Source: Candidatus Omnitrophota bacterium
GTDB taxonomy: Bacteria > Omnitrophota > Gorgyraeia > JAHJTE01
DNA length: 64,000 nt
Assembly (NCBI GenBank): GCA_018830005.1
Contig: JAHJTE010000001.1
Span: forward strand, 385,332 to 449,331
Direction of reading: 5' to 3'
Shown: positions 37,819-47,846 of the stretch, one piece after another
How the letters are laid out: each line of letters starts with the position of its first letter
Position numbering within the stretch: position 1 is the stretch's first letter
The notes under the pieces: generated by a model
What the model was told of the DNA's origin: nothing
Databases searched by the model: none
What the model saw: the letters and a program-made list of their open reading frames with translations, nothing else
Position numbers and translations under genes: made by a program

Positions 37819-39657
37819 ATGGGAGCAAACATAAAAGATTTACCTAATGAGCGATTATTTATCAGCTCAGAGGTATTAAAGGCAGTTAATATAACCTATC
37901 GGCAGCTTTCTTATTGGGAGCTTAAAGGTATAATTAAGCCCACCTACCAAAAATTAGGTACTCGAGACTTTAAGCGCTATACCCAACAAGATATAGATAC
38001 TCTTGGGAGAGTTAAGGGTCTTTTAGACGAAGGTTATGCCCTTCCTGCAACTGATACTTTAAAGGAAATCGCCAGGAGAAAAGAAGCGGAGGAGAGCATC
38101 AAACACAAATTAGAATTTGAAAAAACTATTTCATCTATTTCTTCCCGATTTATCAGTGTTTCTAATATTGACGAGGTCATTAATGCTTCACTTGCTGATA
38201 TTGGTAGATTAAGCGGAGCCAACCGCAGTTATCTTTTTCTTTTTAAAGAAGACGGACTGACAACGATGGACAACACCCATGAGTGGTGTGCTGAGGGTGT
38301 GAGTCCTCAGATAGATAACCTCCAAAATCTTCCTTCAGATATGGTTCTATGGTGGATGAAGAAACTTCGTAATGGAGAAGTTATCCATATAAAAGATGTT
38401 TCAAAATTGCCTTCCGAGGCAAAAGCTGAAAAGGAAATACTGGAAGGACAGGATATCAAATCGCTTCTGGTATTACCATTAAGTATCGCAGGAAAGCTTG
38501 CTGGGTTTATAGGTTTTGACAACGTTGTGAGAACTGGAGAATGGAATAATGAGGATTTGGCTCTACTGCGTATTTCTTCGGAGATTATTGGAAATGCCCT
38601 TGAGCGCAAGAAGGCAGAGGAAAAAATTAGATTGTTCTCTGACGCCGTTGTAGGAGCTATTGATGCAATAGCAATAACTGATATGAAAGGCATTATCTCT
38701 TACGTTAATCCCGCCAAGGAAGAGACGTATGGATACAAGAGAGGAGAGCTTATAGGAAAGCATGTTTCTATTTTTAATCCAAAGCCAGAGATGTTTAAAG
38801 AAACACTGTTAAATTTGATGAAAACAGGTAACTGGCATGGAGAAGTTTTACAACAAAAGAAAAACAAAGAGATATTCCCAGCTCTGTTATCACTTTCAAT
38901 AATACGGGATGAAAAAGGAAAGGAAATAGGAATGATGGGTGTTGTCAGAGATATCACCGAACGCAAGAAGGTGGAGAAGAAGCAAGTACTAAGGTTTGAA
39001 ATTTTAAAAATCTTCCATCAACACGGCTCACTAAAAAACATGCATGAAAGAGCAATCTCTTTAATAAAAGAATATTTGGATTGCGAAGTAGTTGCCCTAA
39101 GACTAAAAAAGGATGAGGATTATCCTTATTTTATTAATAATGGTTTCCCTGAGGAATTTATAAAGTCGGAAAATTATCTTTGTATTTATGATGAAAAGGG
39201 AAATTGCTTAAGGGATTCCAGAGGTAAACTTGTTTTAGCCTGTATGTGCGGGATTGTCATTAATGCTAAGTTCAATCAAGATAAACCATTCTTTACTAAG
39301 AACGGCAGTTTCTGGACTAATAGCACAAGCGATCTTTTAGCATCTACAAATGAAAAGGAAAGAGGGGCCACTACCCGCAATGTATGTAATCAATATGGCT
39401 ATGAATCTGTTGCATTAATACCAATTAAATCAAGTGGCGATAATTTAGGGCTATTACACATCACCGATAAAAGACGAAATCTTTTCTCGGCTGACAATAT
39501 AAACTTTCTTGAGGAATTAGGACATATAATTGGCATGATGGTAGAATGCAAATGGACAGAGGAGACACTGCTAAAGTCAGAAGATAGGTATCGCAAGCTT
39601 CTTAAAAACTCTGATAAGGAACTGGTTAAATTTATTCAGAGTAAGGAAGTATCTTAG
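37819..39657 (+). CDS. MerR-type HTH, GAF, PAS, GAF sensory protein with no output kinase domain
   Basis: N-terminal MerR-like 'VNITYRQLSYWELKGII'. GAF-like blocks and a central PAS ('IAITDMKGIISYVNPAKEETYGYKRGELIGKH'). 612 aa. Confidence 0.6.
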   Translation: MGANIKDLPNERLFISSEVLKAVNITYRQLSYWELKGIIKPTYQKLGTRDFKRYTQQDIDTLGRVKGLLDEGYALPATDTLKEIARRKEAEESIKHKLEFEKTISSISSRFISVSNIDEVINASLADIGRLSGANRSYLFLFKEDGLTTMDNTHEWCAEGVSPQIDNLQNLPSDMVLWWMKKLRNGEVIHIKDVSKLPSEAKAEKEILEGQDIKSLLVLPLSIAGKLAGFIGFDNVVRTGEWNNEDLALLRISSEIIGNALERKKAEEKIRLFSDAVVGAIDAIAITDMKGIISYVNPAKEETYGYKRGELIGKHVSIFNPKPEMFKETLLNLMKTGNWHGEVLQQKKNKEIFPALLSLSIIRDEKGKEIGMMGVVRDITERKKVEKKQVLRFEILKIFHQHGSLKNMHERAISLIKEYLDCEVVALRLKKDEDYPYFINNGFPEEFIKSENYLCIYDEKGNCLRDSRGKLVLACMCGIVINAKFNQDKPFFTKNGSFWTNSTSDLLASTNEKERGATTRNVCNQYGYESVALIPIKSSGDNLGLLHITDKRRNLFSADNINFLEELGHIIGMMVECKWTEETLLKSEDRYRKLLKNSDKELVKFIQSKEVS

Positions 39658-39761
39658 TTGTAATTAGAAAAGACGTCATCGAGCGCAAAAACGCAGAGAA
39701 AACTGAGAAAAACGCTTTAAGGCAACATCGAATAAGGATTAAAATATAGAAAGGGTCGGTT

Positions 39762-40122
39762 GTGAGTAGCTCTATCACAGAAAAAATTAAAGAACACAGA
39801 AGATTCCCACGCATAAAAGATAATATTTTTGTCTCTTTTTCAGTTTAAGGGTAATGACAAAACATTTGAGGCAATTACTCAAGATATAAGCCAAAGTGGG
39901 CTAATGTTTAGGAGCTTTAATTTTATACCAAATGGCAGAAAATTAAGACTTGAAATATATCAGCCTCTAAATTATAATAAAGATACCTCTTTTGCTATCC
40001 CGGCAGAGGCTCAAGCAGACTGGATCAAGCAGGCCCGAGAGAATAATGAGAATTTTATTGGCGTAAAAATTACAAAGATGAATGAAAAGCATCAAGACAG
40101 TCTTGCTTTTCTATATAAATGA
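39762..40122 (+). pseudogene. PilZ-domain protein with an apparent -1/+1 frameshift in a T5 run
   Basis: One frame gives 'EHRRFPRIKDNIFVSFSV*' (RxxxR motif). The adjacent frame, the track's ORF 39829-40122 with a TTG start, gives 'FKGNDKTFEAITQDISQSGLMF' (DxSxxG). Together they form a complete PilZ c-di-GMP-binding site, split at 'CTCTTTTTCAG' (39834-39844). Confidence 0.5.
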
Positions 40123-40229
40123 TAGCTTAAAAAAGCAAGGCTAATTTTTTTGCTATGTTTTTTAAGTATTACTTAAAATAAATTAAGTATTACTTTATTT
40201 TTTAAGATATGTAAATAACAGAAGACTGT

Positions 40230-40586
40230 TTGATGTCAAATTCTAAAATAATTAAGAAATCCGGCTTTGATAAAAATAGTGGTTTTATATTTTATAGACT
40301 ACAAAACAGCAATAATGAAGAATTAAAAGAGTCAATTATCAATAATATAAGTGTTAATGGATTAAGCTTTAAAACTCCTGAGCCGATAACGCCGGGGGTT
40401 ATTTTAGAGTGCGAAATATACAAGCCAAGAGGTGATAAAAAAGATATAATTGTCTCTATTTGTGCCCAAGCTAAGGTGGTTAACGTAAAGAAGATTGGCT
40501 ATAGTGATGAATTTGCCAACAATAGATACAGAGTGGAATTGAAATTTTTAAAAAAGATACACAGTTTTAGCCCAGGTATAAATTAA
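40230..40586 (+). CDS. PilZ-like small protein (degenerate)
   Basis: 'NISVNGLSF' resembles the (D/N)xSxxG motif; the RxxxR motif is not obvious. 118 aa. Confidence 0.4.
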   Translation: MMSNSKIIKKSGFDKNSGFIFYRLQNSNNEELKESIINNISVNGLSFKTPEPITPGVILECEIYKPRGDKKDIIVSICAQAKVVNVKKIGYSDEFANNRYRVELKFLKKIHSFSPGIN

Positions 40587-40638
40587 CGATATCTGGGCAT
40601 TTTTATTTTTAGCACGTTAACAGGATAATAAAGGATTT

Positions 40639-41454
40639 GTGGTGAAGAAAAGGGGTAGAAGAAAAATAGAAGAAGGTAATCATAGAACGAGTTTTCTTAA
40701 ATCAGTTGAAAGGACGCTTGATGTCTTGGAATTTTTAAGTAAAAGCCGCTCAATTGGAATCACAGAGTTAGCTGATATTATAAAAATTGGAAGGAGTACT
40801 GCCCACCGCATTTTGTCTACCTTAGAAAAAAAAGGCTTTGCTGTCCAGGATCCTGAGACCGGAAAATATGCACTTGGGCATATGGTTTTTCAGCTAGCGA
40901 AGTCAGTTATTCATATGATAGAACCGGTAAAATATGTTAGGCCTTACTTAAGAGAACTTTGTGAAAAAATAGGAGAAAATATTGCCTTTGGCGTTATTAC
41001 CCCGGCAAAAGATAGAACCTTGATTTTAGCAGAAGAGATAGCTGACAAAGCTGTGATAGCAAGGCCAATTCTTTTTCAACGTTTCCCAATATATGTTTGT
41101 CCTTGCGGCAAGGCATATCTTCTTACATTAAACGATAAGCAGCTAAAAACTGCATTGTCCAAAAATGGCTTAATAAGATTTACTGAATATACACTTACTT
41201 CTTTACTTGGTTTGAAGAAGCATCTTGAGCGATTTCGCAAGAAAGGATATACCGTAAGTCAGAATGAATTTTCAATTGGGCTTTCTGCAATGGCTTCAGG
41301 TTTATGTGATGCAGAGAATAAATTTGCAGGAGGAATCATGATTGTAGGCCCAGCATTTAGATTTACCAATAGAAACATTAAACAATGGGGAGAGCTTTTA
41401 TTGCAGACAACTGCAAAGTTAAGTTTAGAATTTAAGGCAAAGGGCATCGTGTAA
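40639..41454 (+). CDS. IclR-family transcriptional regulator
   Basis: N-terminal wHTH ('LDVLEFLSKSRSIGITELADIIKIGRSTAHRILSTL') plus a C-terminal IclR effector domain. 271 aa. Confidence 0.75.
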   Translation: MVKKRGRRKIEEGNHRTSFLKSVERTLDVLEFLSKSRSIGITELADIIKIGRSTAHRILSTLEKKGFAVQDPETGKYALGHMVFQLAKSVIHMIEPVKYVRPYLRELCEKIGENIAFGVITPAKDRTLILAEEIADKAVIARPILFQRFPIYVCPCGKAYLLTLNDKQLKTALSKNGLIRFTEYTLTSLLGLKKHLERFRKKGYTVSQNEFSIGLSAMASGLCDAENKFAGGIMIVGPAFRFTNRNIKQWGELLLQTTAKLSLEFKAKGIV

Positions 41455-41513
41455 TTTTTTTAAATTGTAATGTGGAAAATCATTCCGCATATAAGAATTA
41501 TCAAGGTTAGAAA

Positions 41514-41726
41514 GTGAAAAGTGAAGCAGAATTAACATTACTGGTATTAGAGTGTTATTTAAAATATGGGCCATCTTTATCGATTAAGGACCTATATATA
41601 AGAACTAAGGTTTCAGAGAATAAAATAAAATACATTTTATCGGCTTTAGAAAAAAGAGGATATTTAACAAAAGCTAAAAATACCAAGGAATATATATTAA
41701 GTAAAAAAATCGCAATGTTGATATAA
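41514..41726 (+). CDS. small winged-helix-like hypothetical protein
   Basis: 70 aa. 'KIKYILSALEKRGYLTK' resembles a MarR/wHTH recognition helix. Weak. Confidence 0.3.
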   Translation: MKSEAELTLLVLECYLKYGPSLSIKDLYIRTKVSENKIKYILSALEKRGYLTKAKNTKEYILSKKIAMLI

Positions 41727-41756
41727 CTTTCTGCAATAAAGAGGGTTAAATAGGTA

Positions 41757-42998
41757 ATGGAAGAAGTTAAATTGTTGAATAATAATATTGAATCTGACAA
41801 GAGTAATATTACTGAGAATAGAGAGGCAAAAGAAAATCTTAAACAACACCAATTTATGGCAGAATCTAAGCATGGGGCCATCTTTTTTAAAAACACCGAA
41901 AGCCAATATATCCTTATTAACAATAAATTCTTAGAGATTTTGGGACTGTTTCAAGAGCAAGTTATTGGAAAAGATGATTATGAAATCCTACCAGATAAAA
42001 AAGAGGCTAAGAAAAACATTAAAGGCGACCAATTTGTTTTTAAGACAGGCAAACCAAGAGAAGTTACTAAACGCGTCATTGACACAAAGCGAAAAGAATG
42101 CTGGTTTCACACTATAAAACTTCCACAGTTTGATGAGCAAGGAAATATTGTTGGTCTAGTTGGCATTATCCGTGACATCACTGAGCGCAAAAAGACAGAG
42201 CAGGCACACGCAAAAATTGTAGAGGCGGAGAAGAAAAGGGCGGAAGAGTTAAGGAATGCTTATTCAGAACTACAAGAAAGTAGAGATGAGTTGGTTCGTT
42301 CTGACAAACTCGCCTATACTGGCCGGATAGCTGCCAGTATTGCTCACGAGATAAGAAACCCTTTGACTAATGTGACTATGTCTGCTCAACAAATAAAGCG
42401 AGTTATTAAGCCAAAACACCTTAGAAATAAACATATTGAGATTATTGAAAGAAATGTAGAAAGGATTAATTACTTAATTACGGAACTCTTAAATTGTGCT
42501 CGACCACCAAAACTTAATATACAGCCTTGCAATATACATAAACTGTTAAAAAGAGTCTTAAGTACGCTAATGCCTAAGATTAGTTCACAAAAGATAAAAA
42601 TAGTCAAAAAATTTACCTTTAGGCCAACCAAAATAAAAGTAGACAAGGAACAAATCGAACGTGTCTTCTCAAACCTAATCTTGAATGCTATTGAAGCTAT
42701 GCCTAAGGGAGGTAAATCGACTATTATTACAGAATTTAATGAAGACCTTTTTGTAGTAAAGATTCAAGATACAGGTCGAGGCATTCCTGAAAAGGATATT
42801 ATCAAGATATTTGACCCTTTCTTTAGTTCCAAGTCTACTGGAGTTGGCTTAGGATTAACTTTATGCTATGGGATTATTGTTAGTCACGGTGGCAGTATAG
42901 AGGTAAATAGTAAGCCACGTCAGGGAACTATCTTCACAGTCTCTTTGCCAGTTAAGGAGAACTCGACACACACACAGAGAGAATATACCCGTACTTAA
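41757..42998 (+). CDS. PAS-domain sensor histidine kinase
   Basis: PAS region, then H-box 'AASIAHEIRNPLT', N-box 'LNAIEAM', G1 'IQDTGRGIP', G2 'GVGLGLT'. Confidence 0.8.
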   Translation: MEEVKLLNNNIESDKSNITENREAKENLKQHQFMAESKHGAIFFKNTESQYILINNKFLEILGLFQEQVIGKDDYEILPDKKEAKKNIKGDQFVFKTGKPREVTKRVIDTKRKECWFHTIKLPQFDEQGNIVGLVGIIRDITERKKTEQAHAKIVEAEKKRAEELRNAYSELQESRDELVRSDKLAYTGRIAASIAHEIRNPLTNVTMSAQQIKRVIKPKHLRNKHIEIIERNVERINYLITELLNCARPPKLNIQPCNIHKLLKRVLSTLMPKISSQKIKIVKKFTFRPTKIKVDKEQIERVFSNLILNAIEAMPKGGKSTIITEFNEDLFVVKIQDTGRGIPEKDIIKIFDPFFSSKSTGVGLGLTLCYGIIVSHGGSIEVNSKPRQGTIFTVSLPVKENSTHTQREYTRT

Positions 42999-43024
42999 CA
43001 TGAAAAAATAGAAAAGGGAAGCTT

Positions 43025-43651
43025 GTGGCTGAGATAAAATATGATATTAGAAAAGGAATAGATATATACAGAGCAATTTATACTTCTCGCTTACAGAGCT
43101 GGATTTCTGAAGGTAAGATAAAGCAAGGAGAGGTTCTGGTTTGGCGAAGTGGACTTTCAGGTTGGCGCAGGCCCGAGGAACTCGATGAGCTTATACCATT
43201 TTTTGAAAAATGGGAAAAACGCCAGTTAAAAAAACTAAAAAGAAAAAAGCAGACAACCCAACCCTCAGCTTATAATGGGCAGATAAAGAATATTTTGATA
43301 GTAGATGATGAACAGGATATGTGCTCTCTTTTACAAGATGCCTTAAGCCAGAGAGATTTTAATGTAGCGGTTGCCAATACAAAAAAAGAGGCAATAAATT
43401 CTATTAGAAAAAAAGCGCCGGACTTGGTTCTTTTAGATTTAAAATTGCCTGATGCCAATGGAATAAAACTTTTATCCCGAATTAAAAAAATCCATCCCAA
43501 GACAGCAGTAGATATAATCTCTGCCTATGGGTCTGAAGAAAGTAAAGAAGAGGCAAAAGAAAGAGGAGCCCATAGTTTTATTGATAAGCCATTTACTGAG
43601 AGAGAGGTATTAAGGAGTATAAGACAATTAAATGGGGGAAGAAAGCATTAG
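43025..43651 (+). CDS. response regulator (REC domain with an ~85-aa N-terminal extension)
   Basis: 'ILIVDDEQD...LVLLDLKLPDANG...IISAYGS' receiver signature. 208 aa. Confidence 0.7.
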   Translation: MAEIKYDIRKGIDIYRAIYTSRLQSWISEGKIKQGEVLVWRSGLSGWRRPEELDELIPFFEKWEKRQLKKLKRKKQTTQPSAYNGQIKNILIVDDEQDMCSLLQDALSQRDFNVAVANTKKEAINSIRKKAPDLVLLDLKLPDANGIKLLSRIKKIHPKTAVDIISAYGSEESKEEAKERGAHSFIDKPFTEREVLRSIRQLNGGRKH

Positions 43652-45062
43652 CATGGAAACCATTCTAGTTATAGATGATAATAAGGACTTATGTTTTAAC
43701 CTTTCAACTATTTTAAAGGATGAAGGTTACAATGTATTTGCTGCAGAAGATGGGAAAGGAGCTCTTAAAGCAATTGAGAGAAATTCCCCTAATTTAGTTT
43801 TACTGGATATCAGACTTCCTGAAATGGGCGGGATGGAGATTTTAGAGAAGGCCAAAAAAATTGATAAGGATTTAATCATAATTATGCTTACTGCCTATGC
43901 AGATGTAAAAGATGCAGTAAGAGCAATGAAGTTAGGGGCGTACGATTATATTACTAAACCTTTTGATAACGAAGAACTAATTCTAATAATTAAAAGAGCT
44001 TTGCAAACCCAACATTTGAGCAAGGAAGTAGAGAGTTTAAGAAAAAGACTCGGTGAGAAGACAGATATAAAAGAAGTAATGGGAGAAAGTCCCCAGATAA
44101 AACAGGTTTTAAAACAGGTTGAGATTATTGCCCCTACAAATATGACGGTTATCTTGCAGGGTGAGAGTGGTACAGGTAAGGAACTCATTGCTAATATGAT
44201 TCATCGAAATAGCTTACGAAAAGATAAGATCTTTATTGCCATAGACTGTGGTGCAATTCCAGAGACATTGGTTGAGAGTGAATTATTCGGTTATGAAAAA
44301 GGGGCTTTTACTGGAGCAGATGATAGGAAGGAAGGTAAATTTGAGCAGGTAAATGGAGGGACCTTATTTTTGGATGAGATTACTAATTTACCTAACTCTT
44401 CCCAGGCAAAACTCCTGCGTGTAATTCAAGAAAGAAAATTGCAGCGCTTAGGAGGGAAAAAGGATATAAAAGTAGATGTAAGAATTATTGTTGCCACAAA
44501 CATTAATCTTTCTGAAGCTGTAAGGACAGGCGAATTAAGAGATGACCTTTTTCACAGAATAAATGAATTTCAAATCAGCCTTCCTTTGCTTTGCGAAAGA
44601 AAAGATGATATTCCTGTATTGGCTAAGTTTTTCCTGAATGAGGCTAATTGCGACCTCAATAAAAAAATAGAAGGAATATCTAGCGAAGCCATGAGGTTTC
44701 TTTTCGATTACCATTGGCCAGGAAATGTAAGAGAGTTAAAGAATACCGTTAGAAAAGCTGTGCTTTTATGCGATGATACTAATATCGGTCCTGCACATAT
44801 TTCCCTAAATGATGTCAGCATACCTAAAAATGAAGGTTTAAGCGTATTTAATCTTAAGCGAGATCTAGAGGAAGGCTCATCACTTCGTAAGATAACTAAA
44901 AATGCGACAAAACGGATAGAGCAGGAAGCAATTAAGCAAGCATTGGTTGAAGCCGGTGGCAATAAAACCAAGGCTGCCAAAATTCTTAAGATAGATCGTA
45001 TGAGCCTCTATTCGAAGATAAGAGAGTTCCAACTGGATGGAGAAGTGGTGAGTAAAAAATAA
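43632..45062 (+). CDS. sigma-54-dependent Fis-family response regulator (NtrC-like: REC, AAA+, HTH)
   Basis: REC ('VIDDNKD...LLDIRLPEMGG'). σ54 activator motifs 'GESGTGKE' and 'GAFTGA', and 'ESELFGYEKGAFTGA'. C-terminal Fis-type HTH. 476 aa. Confidence 0.88.
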   Translation: MGEESISMETILVIDDNKDLCFNLSTILKDEGYNVFAAEDGKGALKAIERNSPNLVLLDIRLPEMGGMEILEKAKKIDKDLIIIMLTAYADVKDAVRAMKLGAYDYITKPFDNEELILIIKRALQTQHLSKEVESLRKRLGEKTDIKEVMGESPQIKQVLKQVEIIAPTNMTVILQGESGTGKELIANMIHRNSLRKDKIFIAIDCGAIPETLVESELFGYEKGAFTGADDRKEGKFEQVNGGTLFLDEITNLPNSSQAKLLRVIQERKLQRLGGKKDIKVDVRIIVATNINLSEAVRTGELRDDLFHRINEFQISLPLLCERKDDIPVLAKFFLNEANCDLNKKIEGISSEAMRFLFDYHWPGNVRELKNTVRKAVLLCDDTNIGPAHISLNDVSIPKNEGLSVFNLKRDLEEGSSLRKITKNATKRIEQEAIKQALVEAGGNKTKAAKILKIDRMSLYSKIREFQLDGEVVSKK

Positions 45063-45435
45063 CTCCCCGTTATCTTAATAGCCTGCGTTTTGTTAATAAT
45101 CCGTGAACCCCGTTAGAAAGTTTGGAAGGAACTTCGAGCTTATCCTAAACTCATCTACTTTTCTCCCCCTCTACCTTTCGGAGGGAACTTTCTTTGTAAC
45201 GGGGTGAATATCTATGGATTGTAGAGTAAATTCTACAATATTGTATAGCCAACCTTACAATCTTTAAATTTTGCATATATATAGCTTTTTCCTACCAAAA
45301 ACTCCTTAAAGTTATTTCCCTAACCTATTGTAGTTAAATAAGAAAAAAATTTTTAGAATTTTTTTATTCAGGTCATATATGGCACAGTTGTTGCTTATTT
45401 ATATTAGGTAGAGATAAAATAAAAAAGGCAAAACT

Positions 45436-45831
45436 ATGAACCGAAGGGAAAATCAATTTAAAACTCGCTTATCTAAATCAAAAAAGATACTCCTTGTTGA
45501 TGATGAAAAGGATCTGTGCTCGATTATGAAAGAGATTATCAGAGATGCTGGCCACAGATTCCTCTGGGCTACTACAGTCATTGAGGGTCTGAAGAAATTC
45601 AAGAAATCAAGAGATCTGGATATGGTGATAGTTGACTTAAAATTAGGCCACGATAATGGCTTAACGTTTATAAGAAAGGCAATAGCAATTAACAACAAAG
45701 TAAAATTTGCAATGATATCTGCATATGGCAATCCTGAAGTAAAAGACAAAGCGAGGCAGTTAGGCGTAAGTCGTTTTTTAGATAAGCCATTGAGGTTAGA
45801 AGGATTATTAGAAATAATCAAGCAAAATTAG
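45436..45831 (+). CDS. single-domain response regulator (REC)
   Basis: 'ILLVDDEKD...MVIVDLKLGHDNG...ISAYG'. 131 aa. Confidence 0.7.
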   Translation: MNRRENQFKTRLSKSKKILLVDDEKDLCSIMKEIIRDAGHRFLWATTVIEGLKKFKKSRDLDMVIVDLKLGHDNGLTFIRKAIAINNKVKFAMISAYGNPEVKDKARQLGVSRFLDKPLRLEGLLEIIKQN

Positions 45832-46014
45832 GGTGTAAGAAAAGGAAACTGGATAATGTTTGAGACCCAAAATTATATACTTAAGGATATTATCTTTGCA
45901 GGTGTAGTTCTGTCTTTGGCTTTGGGCTTTGGTTTAGGTTTAAAGGGTAAGGCCGAAGATTTCTTAGGTAAGATTTTCAAGAAATAAATCTAAAAACGGA
46001 GGAGGTGAATTAAC

Positions 46015-46221
46015 ATGGCAGTAGAAAAAGCGATTGGTTCTTCCAGCTTGGTCGAAGTAGTTGACCGTATCCTGGACAAGGGCGTGGTAGTTGACGCTTG
46101 GGTAAGAGTCTCTTTAGTTGGTATAGAGATTCTCGCGATTGAAGCTAGAGTAGTAGTGGCATCAGTCGAGACTTACCTGAAGTATGCTGAGGCAATTGGT
46201 CTAACCGCAACAGCAGCCTAA
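46015..46221 (+). CDS. gvpA: gas vesicle structural protein GvpA
   Basis: 68 aa. '[51 protein letters not shown]' is the canonical GvpA sequence. Confidence 0.92.
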   Translation: MAVEKAIGSSSLVEVVDRILDKGVVVDAWVRVSLVGIEILAIEARVVVASVETYLKYAEAIGLTATAA

Positions 46222-46330
46222 AGGATAAGATCAAGAGGGGTTCTTGCCGGGTCATCCTTGAGTCCAATGAGGACAAAAAGCATGGTTCGCCAAGGAATTC
46301 CTTCCTTCTAAAAGAGGAGTAATTTTAAAA

Positions 46331-47110
46331 ATGCCAGAAATCTTAGATTTAAAGAATGCCGCGGAAAATGCCATTTTTTCATATGAGACGAGGATCGAAA
46401 GCGTAAGGGCCATTTTTGATACTACACATCAGATCCTTGACGACTTCCAGGAGACTTTTCTTGACAATAAAGAAGAGGGGCGAAAAATCAATACCGAGCT
46501 GCGTGATATCCTCGCTCACAACGAACATTTAAGAAAAAAAGACTTTGATAGTATGACGCAGGGTATCTTATCAGCCCAGGAAGAACGGGAAGCGGAAGTA
46601 AAAAACTTATTGAAAGGTTATCTTAATCAACAAAGGGAAATGGCGCGCATCCTAAGAGAAAATCTGGCTAAATTTAAAGATGCCCTTGCCAAAGGTGATG
46701 TCCAAAGGGTCAAAGAATTCCAGGAGATGACTAAAGAGGTTCTTGCTAATCAGGATGCCAGAAAAGAAGAGGTTTCCTCCAAGCTAAAAGAATTTCAGAA
46801 AGAACAGCAAGAGATGGCAGAAAGGCTTAAAGCGCTTTTAGCCAAAGGAAGGAGCTTGAGGATAAGGGACCTTAAGGAAATGCTTCAGGGATTCAGGGCC
46901 CAACATAAAGGACGCCTGGCGCATCAGATAGAAAGAAGACAAGAGGTAAATAAAATACTTGGGCGAAAAATAGATAAAACAACCGAGGCAATTCACCCCG
47001 TTAGAAAAAGTGTGGATGCCGATAAAAAGACGAAAATTTATAACGGGGTTAATATAGATATAAAAAGAGATAGTCACGTAGAGGAAAAAGCAGAAACACT
47101 CAATAAATAA
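46331..47110 (+). CDS. GvpC-like coiled-coil protein, paralog 1
   Basis: The N-terminus 'AENAIFSYETRIESVRAIFDTTHQILDDFQ' is homologous to the N-terminus of the 47130 protein. K/E-rich heptad-like repeats ('KEFQ...') run through the rest. 259 aa. Confidence 0.5.
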   Translation: MPEILDLKNAAENAIFSYETRIESVRAIFDTTHQILDDFQETFLDNKEEGRKINTELRDILAHNEHLRKKDFDSMTQGILSAQEEREAEVKNLLKGYLNQQREMARILRENLAKFKDALAKGDVQRVKEFQEMTKEVLANQDARKEEVSSKLKEFQKEQQEMAERLKALLAKGRSLRIRDLKEMLQGFRAQHKGRLAHQIERRQEVNKILGRKIDKTTEAIHPVRKSVDADKKTKIYNGVNIDIKRDSHVEEKAETLNK

Positions 47111-47129
47111 CAAAAAGGAGGGGGTAAAA

Positions 47130-47828
47130 ATGGGAATAGCGGATAGCATGAAGGGTATTACCGAAAACATCATCGGTTCCTATGATGTGCGAGTGAAGGG
47201 GTTGAAAGATCTGGTTAGCGATACCCATAAAACTATTAAGGGTTTTACCGCTGACAGGAAAGAGATGGGTGAGGAACAAGCCAAGAATTTGGCTGATTTT
47301 GTTAATGATTTAACAAAGAGTGTAGGAGGCATGCTCAAAGGGTTTCAGGCTAGCCACAAAGATATGAGTGAGGATCAAGCTAAGAACTTAGCAGCTTTTG
47401 TTAAGTCCATAGCGAAGGATGTAGCCGCGCAATTAAAAGGTTTCCATGTAGATCGAGAAAAAATGTCAGAGGAGCTTAAAGAGTCTCTTGTAAAAGCAGT
47501 AAAGGAAATTGAGAGCTATATTCAAAAGAGATTAAAGGAATTCGATTCGGCTCATACTGAGATGTCCGACGCCTTAAAAAAGAGCCTGGCAAAATATGTC
47601 GGTGATATAGCCAGCGATGTCAAGAAACTTTTAGGCGAGTATGGCTCGGATATGGCAAAGGCAAAAGCGGCATGGCAGGGAATGGCCGGCTCTTTAGCTA
47701 AATCCAGAAAAGGCGGAGTGATGTCCAGGATTGAAGCCGGAGAGAAAGTAACTACGGTTGAGGAGGCTGTTGAGAAGAAAGGTAAAAAGAAGGGCGGAAA
47801 GAAAAGAGGAAGAAAGAAGAACAAATAA
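47130..47828 (+). CDS. GvpC-like protein with four tandem 33-residue repeats and a basic K/G-rich tail
   Basis: Repeats begin at KGFTADRKEM..., KGFQASHKDM..., KGFHVDREKM... and KEFDSAHTEM..., each 33 aa. 33-residue repeats are the hallmark of cyanobacterial GvpC. C-terminal 'KKGKKKGGKKRGRKKNK'. Confidence 0.6.
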   Translation: MGIADSMKGITENIIGSYDVRVKGLKDLVSDTHKTIKGFTADRKEMGEEQAKNLADFVNDLTKSVGGMLKGFQASHKDMSEDQAKNLAAFVKSIAKDVAAQLKGFHVDREKMSEELKESLVKAVKEIESYIQKRLKEFDSAHTEMSDALKKSLAKYVGDIASDVKKLLGEYGSDMAKAKAAWQGMAGSLAKSRKGGVMSRIEAGEKVTTVEEAVEKKGKKKGGKKRGRKKNK

Positions 47829-47846
47829 ACCTACCCCCCTGATAAG

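Noticed and set aside
45880-45905. Possible sigma-54 promoter 'TGGCTTTGGGCTTTGG' upstream of gvpA
   Set aside because: The GG/GC spacing does not fit TGGCAC-N5-TTGC (it has TTTGG where TTGC is needed). It also lies inside a plausible 43-aa hydrophobic small ORF (45856-45987).
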